Below, piece after piece: positions 49,068-60,227 of a stretch of DNA of 64,000 nucleotides. Source of the DNA: Verrucomicrobiota bacterium (GTDB taxonomy: Bacteria; Verrucomicrobiota; Verrucomicrobiia; JAWXBN01; JAWXCD01); the NCBI GenBank assembly GCA_034440535.1, contig JAWXCD010000003.1:2717-66716 (forward strand), read 5' to 3'. The translations under genes were made by a program, and so were the position numbers. The stretch's first letter is position 1; each line of letters starts with the position of its first letter. The notes under the pieces are model-generated. The model ran no database searches, was not told where the DNA came from, and saw only the letters and a program-made list of their open reading frames with translations.

Positions 49068-50533
49068 AGAACGTTACCTCCACGTGTGGGTTCCTCAAAT
49101 AATGTGGGAGTCGTTTTATTTTTACCAAGTCGCATGAGAATCATAACAAACGATGCCGCAAACACAAAGTGTCCAACCATCATTAACGCTCCGGAAAGTG
49201 ATCGCATCCATAACCAAGGTTTGGTGCTGTTCATAATCACATTAAAATCAGTCGTCCTCAAATTCATATGAATACCCTGCTGAATGCCCGCGATGGTCAA
49301 CGCTCCGAACATCAACAGTATTCCAATGGCTGTTGTCCAGAAATGTATCTTGATCAGTTTCGCACAAGGCCACTCCCAATTTACCAAACGTGGAACGATA
49401 TAATACATGGCTCCAAACATCACCATGGTAAAAAAGGCGTACAATCCCAGATGCGCATGGGCGACTGTTAGATGAGTAAAATGCGAGGCTTTGTTTATGG
49501 TGCGAAACGCCATCGAGATCCCTTGCAAACTCACCAGGGTATAACACATGGCTCCGAACACGATAAACCGGAGTGTCGGACTATAACGAAGCGCGCCAAA
49601 ACTTCCTTTCATCGTCAAATGATGATTTATCGCAACAGTTGTCACGGGAATAATCATCATCACGCTGGCGACGATACTCGCAGTCTGTAACCAAGCTGGC
49701 AGTGGTCCATAGATAAGATGATGAATTCCGTTCCATGAGTAAAAGAAAGCCAGCGTCCAAAATCCAATGATAGACAGGTAATAGCTATGAATAGGTTTTC
49801 CTAAAACTTTTGGAATCATGTAATAAACTGTTCCAACGCCAATAGTCGTGAACCACAAACCAATAATATTATGTGCGAACCACCAATTAACGGCGGCTTG
49901 AACAACACCTTGAACAGGATGCGCGACTAATAAAATCTGCGCTGTCCCATAAACCCATGGGAACCACAATACAGCAGCAAGGAGATACCATTGAGTGACG
50001 TAAACGTGGCCCGGCCTACGATTGATAAACATCAGAAGTGTCCACAACCCGATAAATGAGTATGCGATAAAAAGTAAAGGAGTCGAATACCCTGGCAGTT
50101 CCAACCACTCAATCGAAGTTCCATGCCCCGCAAAAATACCAAGGATCCCCAAGGTCAAACCTAGGTTCCAAATACACCCGGCAATAATGAGAAGTGACCC
50201 GTTTTTTAAACGCGTGTGGCATAGTCGGGCCATCAACCAAATGATGGTTCCTATACCGGCCATTGAAGCCCACCCATAAATGACGGATGTCAAATGAGCT
50301 GGGCGGACTCGCCCGAAAGTGGTGAAAGACCACGCATCCAAAAACCCTGGAGCATTAAATTTAAGTGCGGTGACCAACCCCAAAATCGTTCCAACCAATA
50401 GCCAAAGTATGGCCGAAGCATAAAAGAAAAGAACAGGACCTCGGGTTGACGCGTCAATGGCAACGCGTTCAATCCGGTCCAATTCGGCCCGGCTATCCGT
50501 GGATTGTTCTGGCATGGCTACCGTATTCATCAT
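49064..50533 (-). CDS. ccoN: cbb3-type cytochrome c oxidase subunit I (heme-copper oxidase catalytic subunit)
   Basis: A 489-aa polytopic membrane protein. His ligand contexts include HLTVAHAHLG, WFAHNIIGLWF and HHLIYGP, typical of CcoN. Confidence 0.85.
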   Translation of the reverse strand: MMNTVAMPEQSTDSRAELDRIERVAIDASTRGPVLFFYASAILWLLVGTILGLVTALKFNAPGFLDAWSFTTFGRVRPAHLTSVIYGWASMAGIGTIIWLMARLCHTRLKNGSLLIIAGCIWNLGLTLGILGIFAGHGTSIEWLELPGYSTPLLFIAYSFIGLWTLLMFINRRPGHVYVTQWYLLAAVLWFPWVYGTAQILLVAHPVQGVVQAAVNWWFAHNIIGLWFTTIGVGTVYYMIPKVLGKPIHSYYLSIIGFWTLAFFYSWNGIHHLIYGPLPAWLQTASIVASVMMIIPVTTVAINHHLTMKGSFGALRYSPTLRFIVFGAMCYTLVSLQGISMAFRTINKASHFTHLTVAHAHLGLYAFFTMVMFGAMYYIVPRLVNWEWPCAKLIKIHFWTTAIGILLMFGALTIAGIQQGIHMNLRTTDFNVIMNSTKPWLWMRSLSGALMMVGHFVFAASFVMILMRLGKNKTTPTLFEEPTRGGNVL

Positions 50534-50746
50534 CTACCCTTTAATTATTCCGACGTTCTTACGTTTAGGTTCACCCGGGAAACAATCACTCATTTGGCCC
50601 AGAGGTTCGTCATCATTAAAAATTGATTTGGCCCCGTTTTCGAGACTGGTCATTTGTCCATTTTTAACAGCCCAATACAATGCCCATACCCCACTCCCCC
50701 CGAGGAGAATCGTGAATACTAAAATAATGATTAGATAAAGGGTCAT
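50534..50746 (-). CDS. ccoS: cbb3 oxidase maturation protein CcoS/FixS-like (70 aa)
   Basis: A single TM helix followed by WALYWAVKNGQ...LE.GA..IFNDDEP matches the FixS/CcoS consensus (fWA.ksGQ.ddle.pa..il.DD). It abuts the ccoN start. Confidence 0.6.
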   Translation of the reverse strand: MTLYLIIILVFTILLGGSGVWALYWAVKNGQMTSLENGAKSIFNDDEPLGQMSDCFPGEPKRKNVGIIKG

Positions 50747-50751
50747 GGAAT

Positions 50752-51261
50752 TTATGGAATCGTTGTTTTGGTGGCTGGTGTTACTTGCGCAGGGAGTCCA
50801 AGAGCAGGCACCTTCGAAGCTACACTTGGAAGGGCTACAGGAACAGGAAGTGGGTTTCCCGCACGCACAGGTTTTTTACCAAGTTCAACAATGGTCTTTT
50901 CCATCGCTTTTTCGATAGGAATACGAGTGATTCCTGCTTGCTCATTAATCCATCCGTATTGTTCCAAAATCCCAGCATCTGTTTCGTTGCGTTTCTTTAA
51001 CTTTTCGATGCGCCCGTCATTGCGGTGACTATCGTAACTCTGTTCCGTGAGGAACTTGCTAAATGATTTGAATACCCCTGGCTTTTTAGCATGACCCTCT
51101 TCACCCTCAACATGCTCGGCAGTGTCATGCGCAGGTTTCTCATGCACGTGAAAGTTCACAAGCATTATGGATAAAAGTGGCAGCACCCCGAAAAAAGCGA
51201 GAATCGCAATATAAACCGGCAGGTTCGTCAAAAAATGATTGTCGTGATTGTCTTCAGCCAT
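50752..51261 (-). CDS. hypothetical single-pass membrane protein with His/Glu-rich segment, encoded between actF and ccoS
   Basis: TM helix VYIAILAFFGVLPLLSIMLV. Then HVHEKPAHDTAEHVEGEEGHAKK (a metal-binding-like His/Glu cluster). Then a Pro/Val/Ala-rich tail. The ATG lies 1 nt after the actF stop. Confidence 0.5.
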   Translation of the reverse strand: MAEDNHDNHFLTNLPVYIAILAFFGVLPLLSIMLVNFHVHEKPAHDTAEHVEGEEGHAKKPGVFKSFSKFLTEQSYDSHRNDGRIEKLKKRNETDAGILEQYGWINEQAGITRIPIEKAMEKTIVELGKKPVRAGNPLPVPVALPSVASKVPALGLPAQVTPATKTTIP

Positions 51262-51262
51262 A

Positions 51263-52537
51263 CTAGTTCTTCAGGTTGATGGACTCCAATAAACGTGGAT
51301 CTTTGATCGGGATAAGCGAATGGTTACCAAGGCTCCGCAAAAAGAAAAACGCCAAAATACCAAACACCGAAACCAGACATAAGACGTCCAAAAGCGAAAG
51401 GCATAGGAACGAAGCGATTGAGTTGTAATATGGTTTTGGGAAGATCAACCAATACAAATCTATGGCGTGCATCACCAAAACCCACACTGCCACTGAGACT
51501 AGCATAGCGGGTTTACGCTTAATCCACTGAGTTAAAAGCAAAATAAACGGGACGAAGAAATGGCCCAACACAATAAAGATAATGGTAAAATAACGCCAGA
51601 ACCCACCGTCTCTGTTACTGAGAAATCCTTCATTACGAAACCTGTAAAAAGTCGTTTCCTCTGGGATGTTAGCATACCAGATCAAGAAATACTGACTAAA
51701 CACGATGTATCCCCAGAAAACCGTAAAGGCAAAAAGTAATTTGCCCATGATATGATAATGCTCTGAATTCGTTATTGAAGTCATATGACCCTTTGAACGA
51801 AGCCAAGTGAGCAGAATGATCAACACGGCCATTGAACTCCCTGCTGACCCCGCAAAAATATAAACCCCGAACATTGTCGAATACCACTTGAAATCAAGCC
51901 CCATCAAATAATCAATCGACCAGAATGTAATTCCCAATCCAAAGAACGGAAGAGCGGCACAAGCAATCCGACGAAGCTTTAAGGAAATATTAAGATCACC
52001 GGTCACATCCTGACGAGTCGATAATGCCTTCACTAAGTACGCAACAAGGCCAAAGACCACAAAATAAAAGAAGAGCCTAAAGTAAAAGAAGTCGGGGTAA
52101 TTATATGAGAGCAAATAATAATAACTTTTTTTAGCGGCGAAGAGAGAATAGTACTTGTTACTAGGATCGATGGTCATCCATTCATAAAGGTATTTACCCA
52201 AAACAAACATGGCCGGGATAAATAGAACCGCCAAAACCAGAAACAACGAAGCCACGTTTTCAGCCAAACGTCGGATCACGGTAGACCAAGCGGCGTTTGA
52301 CGCATGATGCAAGAGCACCCAAAAGAGGGATCCTGCGCATATCGTGATGGCGATCGAACAAGCCCAAAGCCAGGACCGACCCAATTGAGCCGCTGTACCA
52401 GGCCCGAACTTCACGAATAAAAGGGCTACTATCGCAGCGATAATACCCGCAATCAAAAATCCAATCACCCCGCTACAGTGGCGAGTGACATCAAACCGCT
52501 CTTCAACAAGTTTGGTTTCGTGCAAAGGGTTACTCAT
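51263..52537 (-). CDS. actF: Alternative Complex III subunit F (NrfD-like polytopic membrane protein)
   Basis: A 424-aa multi-TM protein in the canonical position after actE. It overlaps actE by 8 nt. Confidence 0.7.
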   Translation of the reverse strand: MSNPLHETKLVEERFDVTRHCSGVIGFLIAGIIAAIVALLFVKFGPGTAAQLGRSWLWACSIAITICAGSLFWVLLHHASNAAWSTVIRRLAENVASLFLVLAVLFIPAMFVLGKYLYEWMTIDPSNKYYSLFAAKKSYYYLLSYNYPDFFYFRLFFYFVVFGLVAYLVKALSTRQDVTGDLNISLKLRRIACAALPFFGLGITFWSIDYLMGLDFKWYSTMFGVYIFAGSAGSSMAVLIILLTWLRSKGHMTSITNSEHYHIMGKLLFAFTVFWGYIVFSQYFLIWYANIPEETTFYRFRNEGFLSNRDGGFWRYFTIIFIVLGHFFVPFILLLTQWIKRKPAMLVSVAVWVLVMHAIDLYWLIFPKPYYNSIASFLCLSLLDVLCLVSVFGILAFFFLRSLGNHSLIPIKDPRLLESINLKN

Positions 52538-53141
52538 ATGGATTCACATCTCCTTCGTCCTCAGGAATATCTGCGGCGGTCCCGTGCTGACTACGCTGCA
52601 ACGCACGAAGGTAAGCGACAATAAGCCAACGATCCTGAACTGAAATATTTCCTCCGTAAGCGCCCATTTGCCCCTTACCATGGGTAATAATGTCAAAGAG
52701 TTCGCCATCGGACATTTTCAGTATTCGATCACTTTGCAAATTGGCCACACCTGCGAAACCGTACTCAGTTACCACACCATTACCCGCACCCGTGGCTCCG
52801 TGGCAGACGGCACAATAAATTCCAAATCGTTCCTGTCCCCTCTTCATCGCCGCTAGATCAATCTTAACGGGAATGCCATCGCCATACGTTGTTTTCATTT
52901 TACCGGTACTTAAATATTCGTCCTCTGAATAACCACCTCGTGGGACTGTCCCAGCGACAGGATGGCGTGTTCCTGAACCATCGGAAAAAAAGGTGCTGCC
53001 CTGTTGTGCCTTAACTTTATATTGCCGGTCCATGTCATTAAAAACTTCAACGGGCGGTTTTGTACTCCTCTGCCCACGGAAACCCACCACGCATACAGTG
53101 GCGATGACCAAGAAAATGAATGTGTATATAAAAATCTTCAT
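52530..53141 (-). CDS. actE: Alternative Complex III subunit E (mono-heme cytochrome c)
   Basis: N-terminal TM/signal and a single CAVCHG heme motif, ~200 aa. ATGA overlap with actD. Confidence 0.75.
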   Translation of the reverse strand: MKIFIYTFIFLVIATVCVVGFRGQRSTKPPVEVFNDMDRQYKVKAQQGSTFFSDGSGTRHPVAGTVPRGGYSEDEYLSTGKMKTTYGDGIPVKIDLAAMKRGQERFGIYCAVCHGATGAGNGVVTEYGFAGVANLQSDRILKMSDGELFDIITHGKGQMGAYGGNISVQDRWLIVAYLRALQRSQHGTAADIPEDEGDVNPYE

Positions 53142-53701
53142 GCTTCGTCGTCGTGATTAATAACAGTGATATCGCTTGCACAAAGAGTCTGCAACAGGTC
53201 GCGCGTTGCAGATTCCGAAAAATTTGTGTCCTCTGCTTCTATGACAACAAAAAAACCATCGTCAGTGCTTTTTTGCAATAAATCCCAATTAAAAGAGGGA
53301 TGATTCAATCGTGGCAACCGGTTAATTCCCAACATTCCAAATACAGTCGCAAAGGCGCAAAATAGGATCGTTAATTCGAACATAATTGGGAAAAACGCTG
53401 GTAAACTGAGGAATGGTTTCCCAGCTACAACCATTGGATATAAGAAAACTGAGGGAATCACTTGCAATAGAAACGCCGTGAGCAATCCCGTAATCCCACC
53501 GATGAGCGAAAGTACTGACACTTTTGAATTTCCAAGACCCATGGCGGCATCCATTCCATGAACGGGGAAGGGAGAAAACACATCCCATTTTTTATACCCG
53601 GCATCCCGAATTTTCTCGGCAGCATGAAGCAAGGCGGCGGTATTTGGAAATTGCGCCCCGATTCCGTAGACCTTGTTACCGGTAATAGCAGCTGTGGTCA
53701 T
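53138..53701 (-). CDS. actD: Alternative Complex III subunit D (DUF3341-type membrane subunit)
   Basis: ~187 aa with two C-terminal TM helices. I took ATG 53701, directly after the actC stop, over the extended track start 53785. Confidence 0.65.
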   Translation of the reverse strand: MTTAAITGNKVYGIGAQFPNTAALLHAAEKIRDAGYKKWDVFSPFPVHGMDAAMGLGNSKVSVLSLIGGITGLLTAFLLQVIPSVFLYPMVVAGKPFLSLPAFFPIMFELTILFCAFATVFGMLGINRLPRLNHPSFNWDLLQKSTDDGFFVVIEAEDTNFSESATRDLLQTLCASDITVINHDDEA

Positions 53702-53702
53702 C

Positions 53703-55142
53703 TTAATGCGCCTCCTTACCGTGGTCCTGATGACCCGTTTCAGAATGGTGCAGCGGACTGTGCGGATCTGATTCCGGCAAGACACCTTTGACCTCAGAAA
53801 TAGCGATCATCGGTAAAAACCGTACGAACAAAAGGAAAAGGCTTAGGAAAATACCAAAAGTTGAAAGGAACGTCCAAATATCGACCCATGTAGGCGAAAA
53901 GTAGCCCCATGATGACGGCAGAAAGTCGCGATGAAGCGATGTGACAATAATAACAAAGCGTTCGAACCACATACCTGCATTTACGAACATACACACCGCA
54001 AAAACAACGTATACATTGTGGCGACAGGCCTTAAACCAGAACAACTGAGGAGAAAGTACGTTACAGCTCATCATGGCGAGGTATGCCCACCAATAGACGC
54101 CTGTGGCTCGATTAAAAAACGCGTACTGCTCAAAAAAGTTGCCGCTGTACCATGCGATGAAAAATTCCATGGTGTACGCATAACCAACAATAGTGCCGGT
54201 TAATAAAATGATCTTGGCCATGTTGTCTATATGCTTAGGCGTTATCACATCATGCAAACCATAAAGCGCACGCGCAGGGAGCATCAGCGTGAGCACCATC
54301 GCAAAACCACCAAAGATTGCGCCGGCGACAAAATAAGGAGGGAAGATCGTGGTGTGCCATCCAGGAATAACCGAAGTGGCGAAATCCATAGAAACGACTG
54401 TGTGCACCGAGAGCACTAGGGGAGTCGAAATACCGGCCAATACAAGGTACGCTTTCTCGTAGTTATGCCAATGACGGTTCGCCCCACGCCAGCCCATCGC
54501 TGCGATTCCATAAGCCATTTTGCGAAATTTGTTCGTTGCGCGATCACGTAATGTCGCAAGATCAGGGATGAGGCCTACGTACCAGAAAAGAACAGACACG
54601 GTAAAGTAAGTTGAGACGGCAAAGACGTCCCAAAGAAGCGGGCTTCGGAAGTTTGGCCAAATAGCATTGGAATTTGGAATAGGTGCCAGATACCAAGCCA
54701 TCCACACACGCCCGACGTGAACCGCAGGAAAAATTCCGGCGCACATCACGGCAAATAAGGTCATGGCTTCAGCGGCTCGATTAATGGATGTCCGCCATTT
54801 TTGGCGCGTCAAAAACAAAATAGCAGATATCAACGTTCCAGCATGTCCAATTCCAATCCAGAAAACGAAATTCGTAATGTCCCATGCCCAACCAACAGGA
54901 TGATTCAATCCCCATACTCCCACGCCAGTGCTGATCAGGTATCCGATGGTAAACATCGAGACTGATGCCAAAAGTGCGGAAGGAATAAAAGCGATCCACC
55001 ACCACAATGGAGTGCCTCCTTCAACTATTCCGCAAATTTTTTCCGTGACCCAATTGTACTTGCGATTGTTCAGTACCAATGGAACACGTATGACCGAGTC
55101 CTCTATCTCCGGATCACCTTTAGTGAGGGTTTCCTGTGACAT
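53703..55142 (-). CDS. actC: Alternative Complex III subunit C (NrfD/PsrC-like quinol-interacting membrane subunit)
   Basis: 479 aa with ~10 TM helices. The N-terminus [23 protein letters not shown] is typical of ActC. Confidence 0.8.
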   Translation of the reverse strand: MSQETLTKGDPEIEDSVIRVPLVLNNRKYNWVTEKICGIVEGGTPLWWWIAFIPSALLASVSMFTIGYLISTGVGVWGLNHPVGWAWDITNFVFWIGIGHAGTLISAILFLTRQKWRTSINRAAEAMTLFAVMCAGIFPAVHVGRVWMAWYLAPIPNSNAIWPNFRSPLLWDVFAVSTYFTVSVLFWYVGLIPDLATLRDRATNKFRKMAYGIAAMGWRGANRHWHNYEKAYLVLAGISTPLVLSVHTVVSMDFATSVIPGWHTTIFPPYFVAGAIFGGFAMVLTLMLPARALYGLHDVITPKHIDNMAKIILLTGTIVGYAYTMEFFIAWYSGNFFEQYAFFNRATGVYWWAYLAMMSCNVLSPQLFWFKACRHNVYVVFAVCMFVNAGMWFERFVIIVTSLHRDFLPSSWGYFSPTWVDIWTFLSTFGIFLSLFLLFVRFLPMIAISEVKGVLPESDPHSPLHHSETGHQDHGKEAH

Positions 55143-55144
55143 AC

Positions 55145-58100
55145 CTAGTGATTCCCTCCACCTTGAACGGGAGTTCGATGACCGGCAGGTTGCACGGCTG
55201 GAGTGGTCGGATGTGCGTGTTCACCTTCTGGTGCATGCCCGTGAGCTGCACTGTGGTCACCACCATGATGCCCAACGCCACCGCTCATTTTGCCTACATC
55301 GTCAATATCAGGCATAATAAAGCCTGCCCCTTCTTTCATAAGATTCGGGTTACGTAACCGAGCTAAATAGGAGGTTCGTGGTTTTGTGTTCAGATAGGAC
55401 AGGACCGAGTAATCACGCCCACTCGCTTTCCACTCCGAAACACGGCTGTTCGGATCTGATATATCCCCAAATACAATCGCGTCCGCAGGGCAAGCCTGTT
55501 GACATGCGGTGGTGATTGTTTGATCGGGAACTTTTATGTTATCCGATGCTGCAGCCTTCACCTTTTGATCAATCTTTGCTGTTTCGATTCGTTGAACACA
55601 ATAGGTACATTTTTCCATGACCCCGCGCATACGAACTGTCACGTTTGGATTGCTGCGCAACTTCATCATTTCAATGTCTTCACGAGGTCTATCCGCCAAT
55701 GGTCCAAGATAAAGGGAATCAAGCGGGCGCTTATTGTAATCAAAGAAATTAAAGCGGCGCACTTTGTATGGGCAGTTGTTAGCGCAGTATCGAGTTCCGA
55801 TACAGCGGTTATAAGCCATCACATTCAAACCTTCTTCACTATGCACGGTCGCGTTTACAGGGCATACTGTTTCGCAAGGAGCATTTTCACAATGCACGCA
55901 AGCCATAGGCTGGAAAATCATCTCGGTGTCGTCCAACTCAATGACTTCATCCAAGTTTGATCCTAGAGGAATTTTCGAAGCATCGCGTTTACTGCTAAAA
56001 TAACGGTCAATACGCAGCCAATGCATTTCGCGTCCGTTCTGAACCTGTTCTTTCCCAACGATCGGAATGTTGTTCTCACTCTGGCAGGCAATGGTGCAGG
56101 TGTTGCATCCGATGCACGTATTAAGGTCAATCGCCATTCCCCATTGATGCACCGGTGGGCGTATCGAAGAGTGTTGGCCGTTTTCAAAATAAGGATTCTT
56201 ATGGATCGATATGTTTTCAGGAATATGCGCATCCATTCCCTGATGCTTTGCGAAGTCAGGCACAGCCACAAAATCTTCAACGGTCCCTTCGCGTACAAGA
56301 GCGCGCCCTTCCATTGACCCGTGTTCCTGCGTGATCGCGAGATCGAAGCGCTTGCCGGTTTTTTCTACTGTGACACCGGTTGTAATATAAGGATTTGTTG
56401 AACTCCGTAAGGCGTAGGCATTGGCGCCAAGATTGGAAGCAATCCGTAACCCATGCGCATCCGAAGCAACTCGTCCGTACCCAACTGAAAGTGATATAGA
56501 ATTGTCCGCGTGTCCTGGCACAATTAAGATCGGAGCTTCCAATGATTTGCCATTGGCTTTTATCCGAATAACGTCGGATTGATAAATCCCTTTCTCTAAC
56601 ACACTCTTAAGGTTCAAGTCGTTCGCGGTTTTCTGACTGATCAATGCCGCGTTCCCCCAAGTATTTTTGGTGATGGGATCTGGCAATTCCTGCATCCAAC
56701 CATTGTTGGAATACCGTCCATCATCGACTTTATAATCAGCCATGATGACCAATTCGAGACTCTGCGGACTCAGTGGAACGGTATCAATTTGAACGGGTAC
56801 AGGCGTTACCGTGGCGACATTACCTGCGGCAACAGGAGCGGCAATGCGCGCCCCAGAATAAAACCCGTCATGGACAAACTTTTTCCAAGCAGAAGTAATA
56901 TCTCCACCAGCAACCTGCTTAAATGTTTCTGAAACCAATTCAGGCCCATCGGTTATCGCAAACCCAGCGAGCGCGCCTAATAGTTGAGTGGTCGATATGC
57001 CACCAAACAAGGGGAGGATCATCGGCTGAATCGAAAGGAGCGTTCCATCTTCACTTAAGGTGTCACCCCAAGTCTCAAGGAAATGAGACATGGGTAACTG
57101 AATATTCGCTAAACCTTTTTCAGATGATTCATCGTTATGGAATCCAAGGCGATATACTTTCCCGATTGAAGCCACCTTCTTCTGAAGGTTCGTCCAATCC
57201 AAATCATTAGGAGCGTTATAAACGGGGTTACCGCCAGCAATAATGAGTGTGCTGATCTTACCCGATCGAATCAATTCCGCCGCCTGAACGATGTTAAGTC
57301 CCGTAAATGCAGAGGCGACCGCAGCCTGTGGTGCCGCCGTTACCGAGGCATTTATCGCCGCAACAATCTGATGCACCAGCGCAGGTTGATGAGCTCCCGC
57401 CACAATCATTGCCTTACCGGAGTTCGCTTGAAGGTCCTTGGCTAATCCAGTCAACCACCGGTTTAAAAATGAATTGGCAGCTAGATCCAACAATGGAACA
57501 GGTTTCCCGTTGACCGCAGGGACAGCGACCCCAAGTTTCTGCGCAAGCGTGGCCGCAAAGTTAATGACCTGACTCGCTGCAAGCCGTAAGCGATGATCCG
57601 CCACAGCGCCAGTGTTCGTGTACCGATTTTCCACGACATACAATCGGTTCATCGGATCGCCCGGATTTTTTACGCGCCGTTTATCAGTGAAACTCTTGAT
57701 CGATTGCAGCCCGCCTTCGTCGAAATTTAGGAAGTCACAGTCCAAAGAAAGAATGACATCCGCTTTTTCAAAACGCGGTATGGCCTTCGGGGCGTTGTTG
57801 AGTTGTTCAGCCAGCATCATCGGCTCGTAAACCGCGATATTGATTTGAGGAAACTGCTTTTGAAGTTCACGCACTAACCGCGCTTGAGTAGGAGAATTCG
57901 CCTCATCCAAGAGAACTAGTACATCCTTTCCTTGAGATGCTACTAATTGATTCCGGAGACTTTCTAAAATAGTTTTAATCTCTGAATTTGATTTGGCAAC
58001 ACCCTCTACGATAAGAGTTTTGGAGCGGTCTGGGTCGTATAAATCGAGAATAGAGGCCTGAGCAAAAGTTGAACTGCCGCCATTGCTTTGAGGGTAAAGA

Positions 58101-58480
58101 TTATTACCTTCAATCTTAACCGGACGCCCATCAAAAGTGGTTACGATCAAAGGTTGAGCCCCGCGACGTCTAGGCATCGCAGACGCATACAACAACGCGC
58201 GTCCAGGAACCATCCACTCGGGAGTTTTGACCAATGGCACGACATACGCCTCGGGACGACGGCAACCCGCAAGCGATCCTATTCCTGCCAGAGCCATTGA
58301 TGCTCCCATCAATTTGAGGAAACTGCGACGAGATTGGCCATCGGTAAACTCGGAAGCGTTGTCGGGGAATTCACGATCTAGCCACTGCTTAAACTCAGCG
58401 GAGTCCGAATACTCCTCAAGACTACGCCAATACTTTTTCCCGGTAACAGGACCTTCTGGATGTTGGAAAACTCTTTTCAT
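55145..58480 (-). CDS. actB: Alternative Complex III subunit B (fused molybdopterin-oxidoreductase-like domain + 4Fe-4S ferredoxin domain), Tat-exported
   Basis: Tat motif [18 protein letters not shown] large MopB-like domain is followed by [25 protein letters not shown] and [12 protein letters not shown] clusters. The ATG at 58480 overlaps the actA stop (ATGA). Confidence 0.85.
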   Translation of the reverse strand: MKRVFQHPEGPVTGKKYWRSLEEYSDSAEFKQWLDREFPDNASEFTDGQSRRSFLKLMGASMALAGIGSLAGCRRPEAYVVPLVKTPEWMVPGRALLYASAMPRRRGAQPLIVTTFDGRPVKIEGNNLYPQSNGGSSTFAQASILDLYDPDRSKTLIVEGVAKSNSEIKTILESLRNQLVASQGKDVLVLLDEANSPTQARLVRELQKQFPQINIAVYEPMMLAEQLNNAPKAIPRFEKADVILSLDCDFLNFDEGGLQSIKSFTDKRRVKNPGDPMNRLYVVENRYTNTGAVADHRLRLAASQVINFAATLAQKLGVAVPAVNGKPVPLLDLAANSFLNRWLTGLAKDLQANSGKAMIVAGAHQPALVHQIVAAINASVTAAPQAAVASAFTGLNIVQAAELIRSGKISTLIIAGGNPVYNAPNDLDWTNLQKKVASIGKVYRLGFHNDESSEKGLANIQLPMSHFLETWGDTLSEDGTLLSIQPMILPLFGGISTTQLLGALAGFAITDGPELVSETFKQVAGGDITSAWKKFVHDGFYSGARIAAPVAAGNVATVTPVPVQIDTVPLSPQSLELVIMADYKVDDGRYSNNGWMQELPDPITKNTWGNAALISQKTANDLNLKSVLEKGIYQSDVIRIKANGKSLEAPILIVPGHADNSISLSVGYGRVASDAHGLRIASNLGANAYALRSSTNPYITTGVTVEKTGKRFDLAITQEHGSMEGRALVREGTVEDFVAVPDFAKHQGMDAHIPENISIHKNPYFENGQHSSIRPPVHQWGMAIDLNTCIGCNTCTIACQSENNIPIVGKEQVQNGREMHWLRIDRYFSSKRDASKIPLGSNLDEVIELDDTEMIFQPMACVHCENAPCETVCPVNATVHSEEGLNVMAYNRCIGTRYCANNCPYKVRRFNFFDYNKRPLDSLYLGPLADRPREDIEMMKLRSNPNVTVRMRGVMEKCTYCVQRIETAKIDQKVKAAASDNIKVPDQTITTACQQACPADAIVFGDISDPNSRVSEWKASGRDYSVLSYLNTKPRTSYLARLRNPNLMKEGAGFIMPDIDDVGKMSGGVGHHGGDHSAAHGHAPEGEHAHPTTPAVQPAGHRTPVQGGGNH

Positions 58481-59130
58481 CGGTGACAACCTGCGCAATT
58501 TATAGGTGGATTGACTTTCCAATCATGAACTAAATTTTTACCGAGGCTTTCCTGCCTTTGTTCGCGCCCCGGCTTCCAATCCAGATTAAAAACATCCTCA
58601 TTTTTTCTTACCGCATGCTCGGGATTTTTATGACATTCCAGACAGAAATCCATACTAAAAGTTTTAACATGCTCCACAACGTCCATCTCATTGACCTGTC
58701 CATGGCAACTCACGCAACTCACACCGCGATTGACGTGAACGGAATGGTTAAAATAAACGTAATCAGGCAACTGATGCACCTTAACCCATTTAATAGGTAT
58801 CCCCTTTTCATGGCTCTCTCTAAGTACAGCCAACTTGGGGTTATCTTTCTGAACGTGACTGTGACAGTTCATACAAGTCTGTGTCGTCGGAATATTTGAA
58901 TGCCCTGATACCTCAACAAATGAGTGACAATACCGACAATCCATACCCAATTGTTTAACGTGAATGGCATGACTAAATGGGATGGGTTGCTCAGGTTGGT
59001 ACCCCACACGGGTAAATTTTGGGGTAAACCAGTACCAAATGCCCAAGACATTAAACGTTGCAATAAGAACGACCCCGATAAGGATCTGCACCGGTAATTT
59101 ATTAGTCCACTTTGGAAAAAAATTCGCCAT
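58477..59130 (-). CDS. actA: Alternative Complex III subunit A (penta-heme cytochrome c)
   Basis: Five CXXCH motifs (CRYCH, CMNCH, CVSCH, CLECH, CAGCH) and an N-terminal TM anchor, 217 aa. Confidence 0.85.
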   Translation of the reverse strand: MANFFPKWTNKLPVQILIGVVLIATFNVLGIWYWFTPKFTRVGYQPEQPIPFSHAIHVKQLGMDCRYCHSFVEVSGHSNIPTTQTCMNCHSHVQKDNPKLAVLRESHEKGIPIKWVKVHQLPDYVYFNHSVHVNRGVSCVSCHGQVNEMDVVEHVKTFSMDFCLECHKNPEHAVRKNEDVFNLDWKPGREQRQESLGKNLVHDWKVNPPINCAGCHR

Positions 59131-59423
59131 ATTATCAAACGAAAAACACTGCTTTCCGTTACCTGAACATCATTCGTCTTCCGCGATCGAAACTTTCGAG
59201 CATCGACTCAAGACAAACCTTTGCAACCTAGGTAATCACAACAGGAAAGCTATTTGGGTTACCTTCGCTATTTTAGCTCTTCGACCTGAGCCGAAGACCA
59301 TTAAAACAGAGAGCTAAATCCCTTAAAGCGCGCTATTCCTAGCATTTGCCATTTTAGCGTGCAAGGACTTTGTGAAAAAAATCACAATCTTTTTGCAGTA
59401 CGCACTTTCTTCCCAATTTTTCA

Positions 59424-59460
59424 CCAAAAAGTCGTTTGAGTTTTTCACTTCAAACGACTT
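59424..59460 (-). terminator. Rho-independent terminator downstream of the peroxiredoxin gene
   Basis: A perfect 11-bp stem aagtcgtttga/tcaaacgactt with a 10-nt loop. On the minus-strand RNA it is followed by UUUUUGGUG. Confidence 0.5.
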
Positions 59461-59519
59461 GAAAATGACCTTACTTCGACTCCCAGAATCCACCGCCCTT
59501 TCTAGGCAGTCGTGAAGTC

Positions 59520-59996
59520 TTACTGGATTTTCTTAAGAACTTCCTGAATTTTATCAAATCCTGGCAAATCCTTCGGCGTGGCGGTCTGTTCGCTATATTG
59601 AACAACGCCTTCTTTATCGATGACAAATGCAGCGCGGGCACTAACGGATCCTAATCCAGCCAAATCAGGAAGCAAAACGCCGTATGCTTCAGCAACTTGC
59701 TTATTGAGATCGCTCAAGAGAGGAATGTTAATTTTTTCTTTGGTCGCCCATTGTTCCTGTGCAAAAGGACTGTCAACACTCACTCCATATACTTCGGCGT
59801 TTAAGTTACTGTAAACATTCATTCCAGCTGTCACATCGCACATTTCCTGAGTACAAACCCCAGTAAACGCCAATGGAAAAAACAGAAGAACGGTGTTCTT
59901 TTTGCCAAAATTTTCACTCAACTTGATGTCTTTTAAATCACCTTTTTTCGATTTAAGTGTGAAATCCGGTGCTTTTGTTCCAATACCAATTGCCAT
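59520..59996 (-). CDS. peroxiredoxin (AhpC/TSA-redoxin family, BCP/PrxQ-like)
   Basis: APDFTL...VLLFFPLAFTGVCTQEMC contains the peroxidatic Cys in the T/S-x-x-C context. ATG verified. Confidence 0.8.
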   Translation of the reverse strand: MAIGIGTKAPDFTLKSKKGDLKDIKLSENFGKKNTVLLFFPLAFTGVCTQEMCDVTAGMNVYSNLNAEVYGVSVDSPFAQEQWATKEKINIPLLSDLNKQVAEAYGVLLPDLAGLGSVSARAAFVIDKEGVVQYSEQTATPKDLPGFDKIQEVLKKIQ

Positions 59997-60227
59997 AGTT
60001 TTATTCCTTCTTTGTTAAAAGTTAGCCCGACATTAACCATCGCCCCCTTTCCGTCAAGGAGTCATCCGTGCGCTCCCCAAAAAAATCAGCCGCCAATCTG
60101 GCTGAAGCCCACCACTTTCCAAATATTCAGCCGCAAAATACACAAAATTGAATCCAAGAAAGGAGAATGAAAAGACCTTATGAAACTCTACTGCCTAAGC
60201 TTTCCCTTAATCTGCGTCTGTCTGCGG

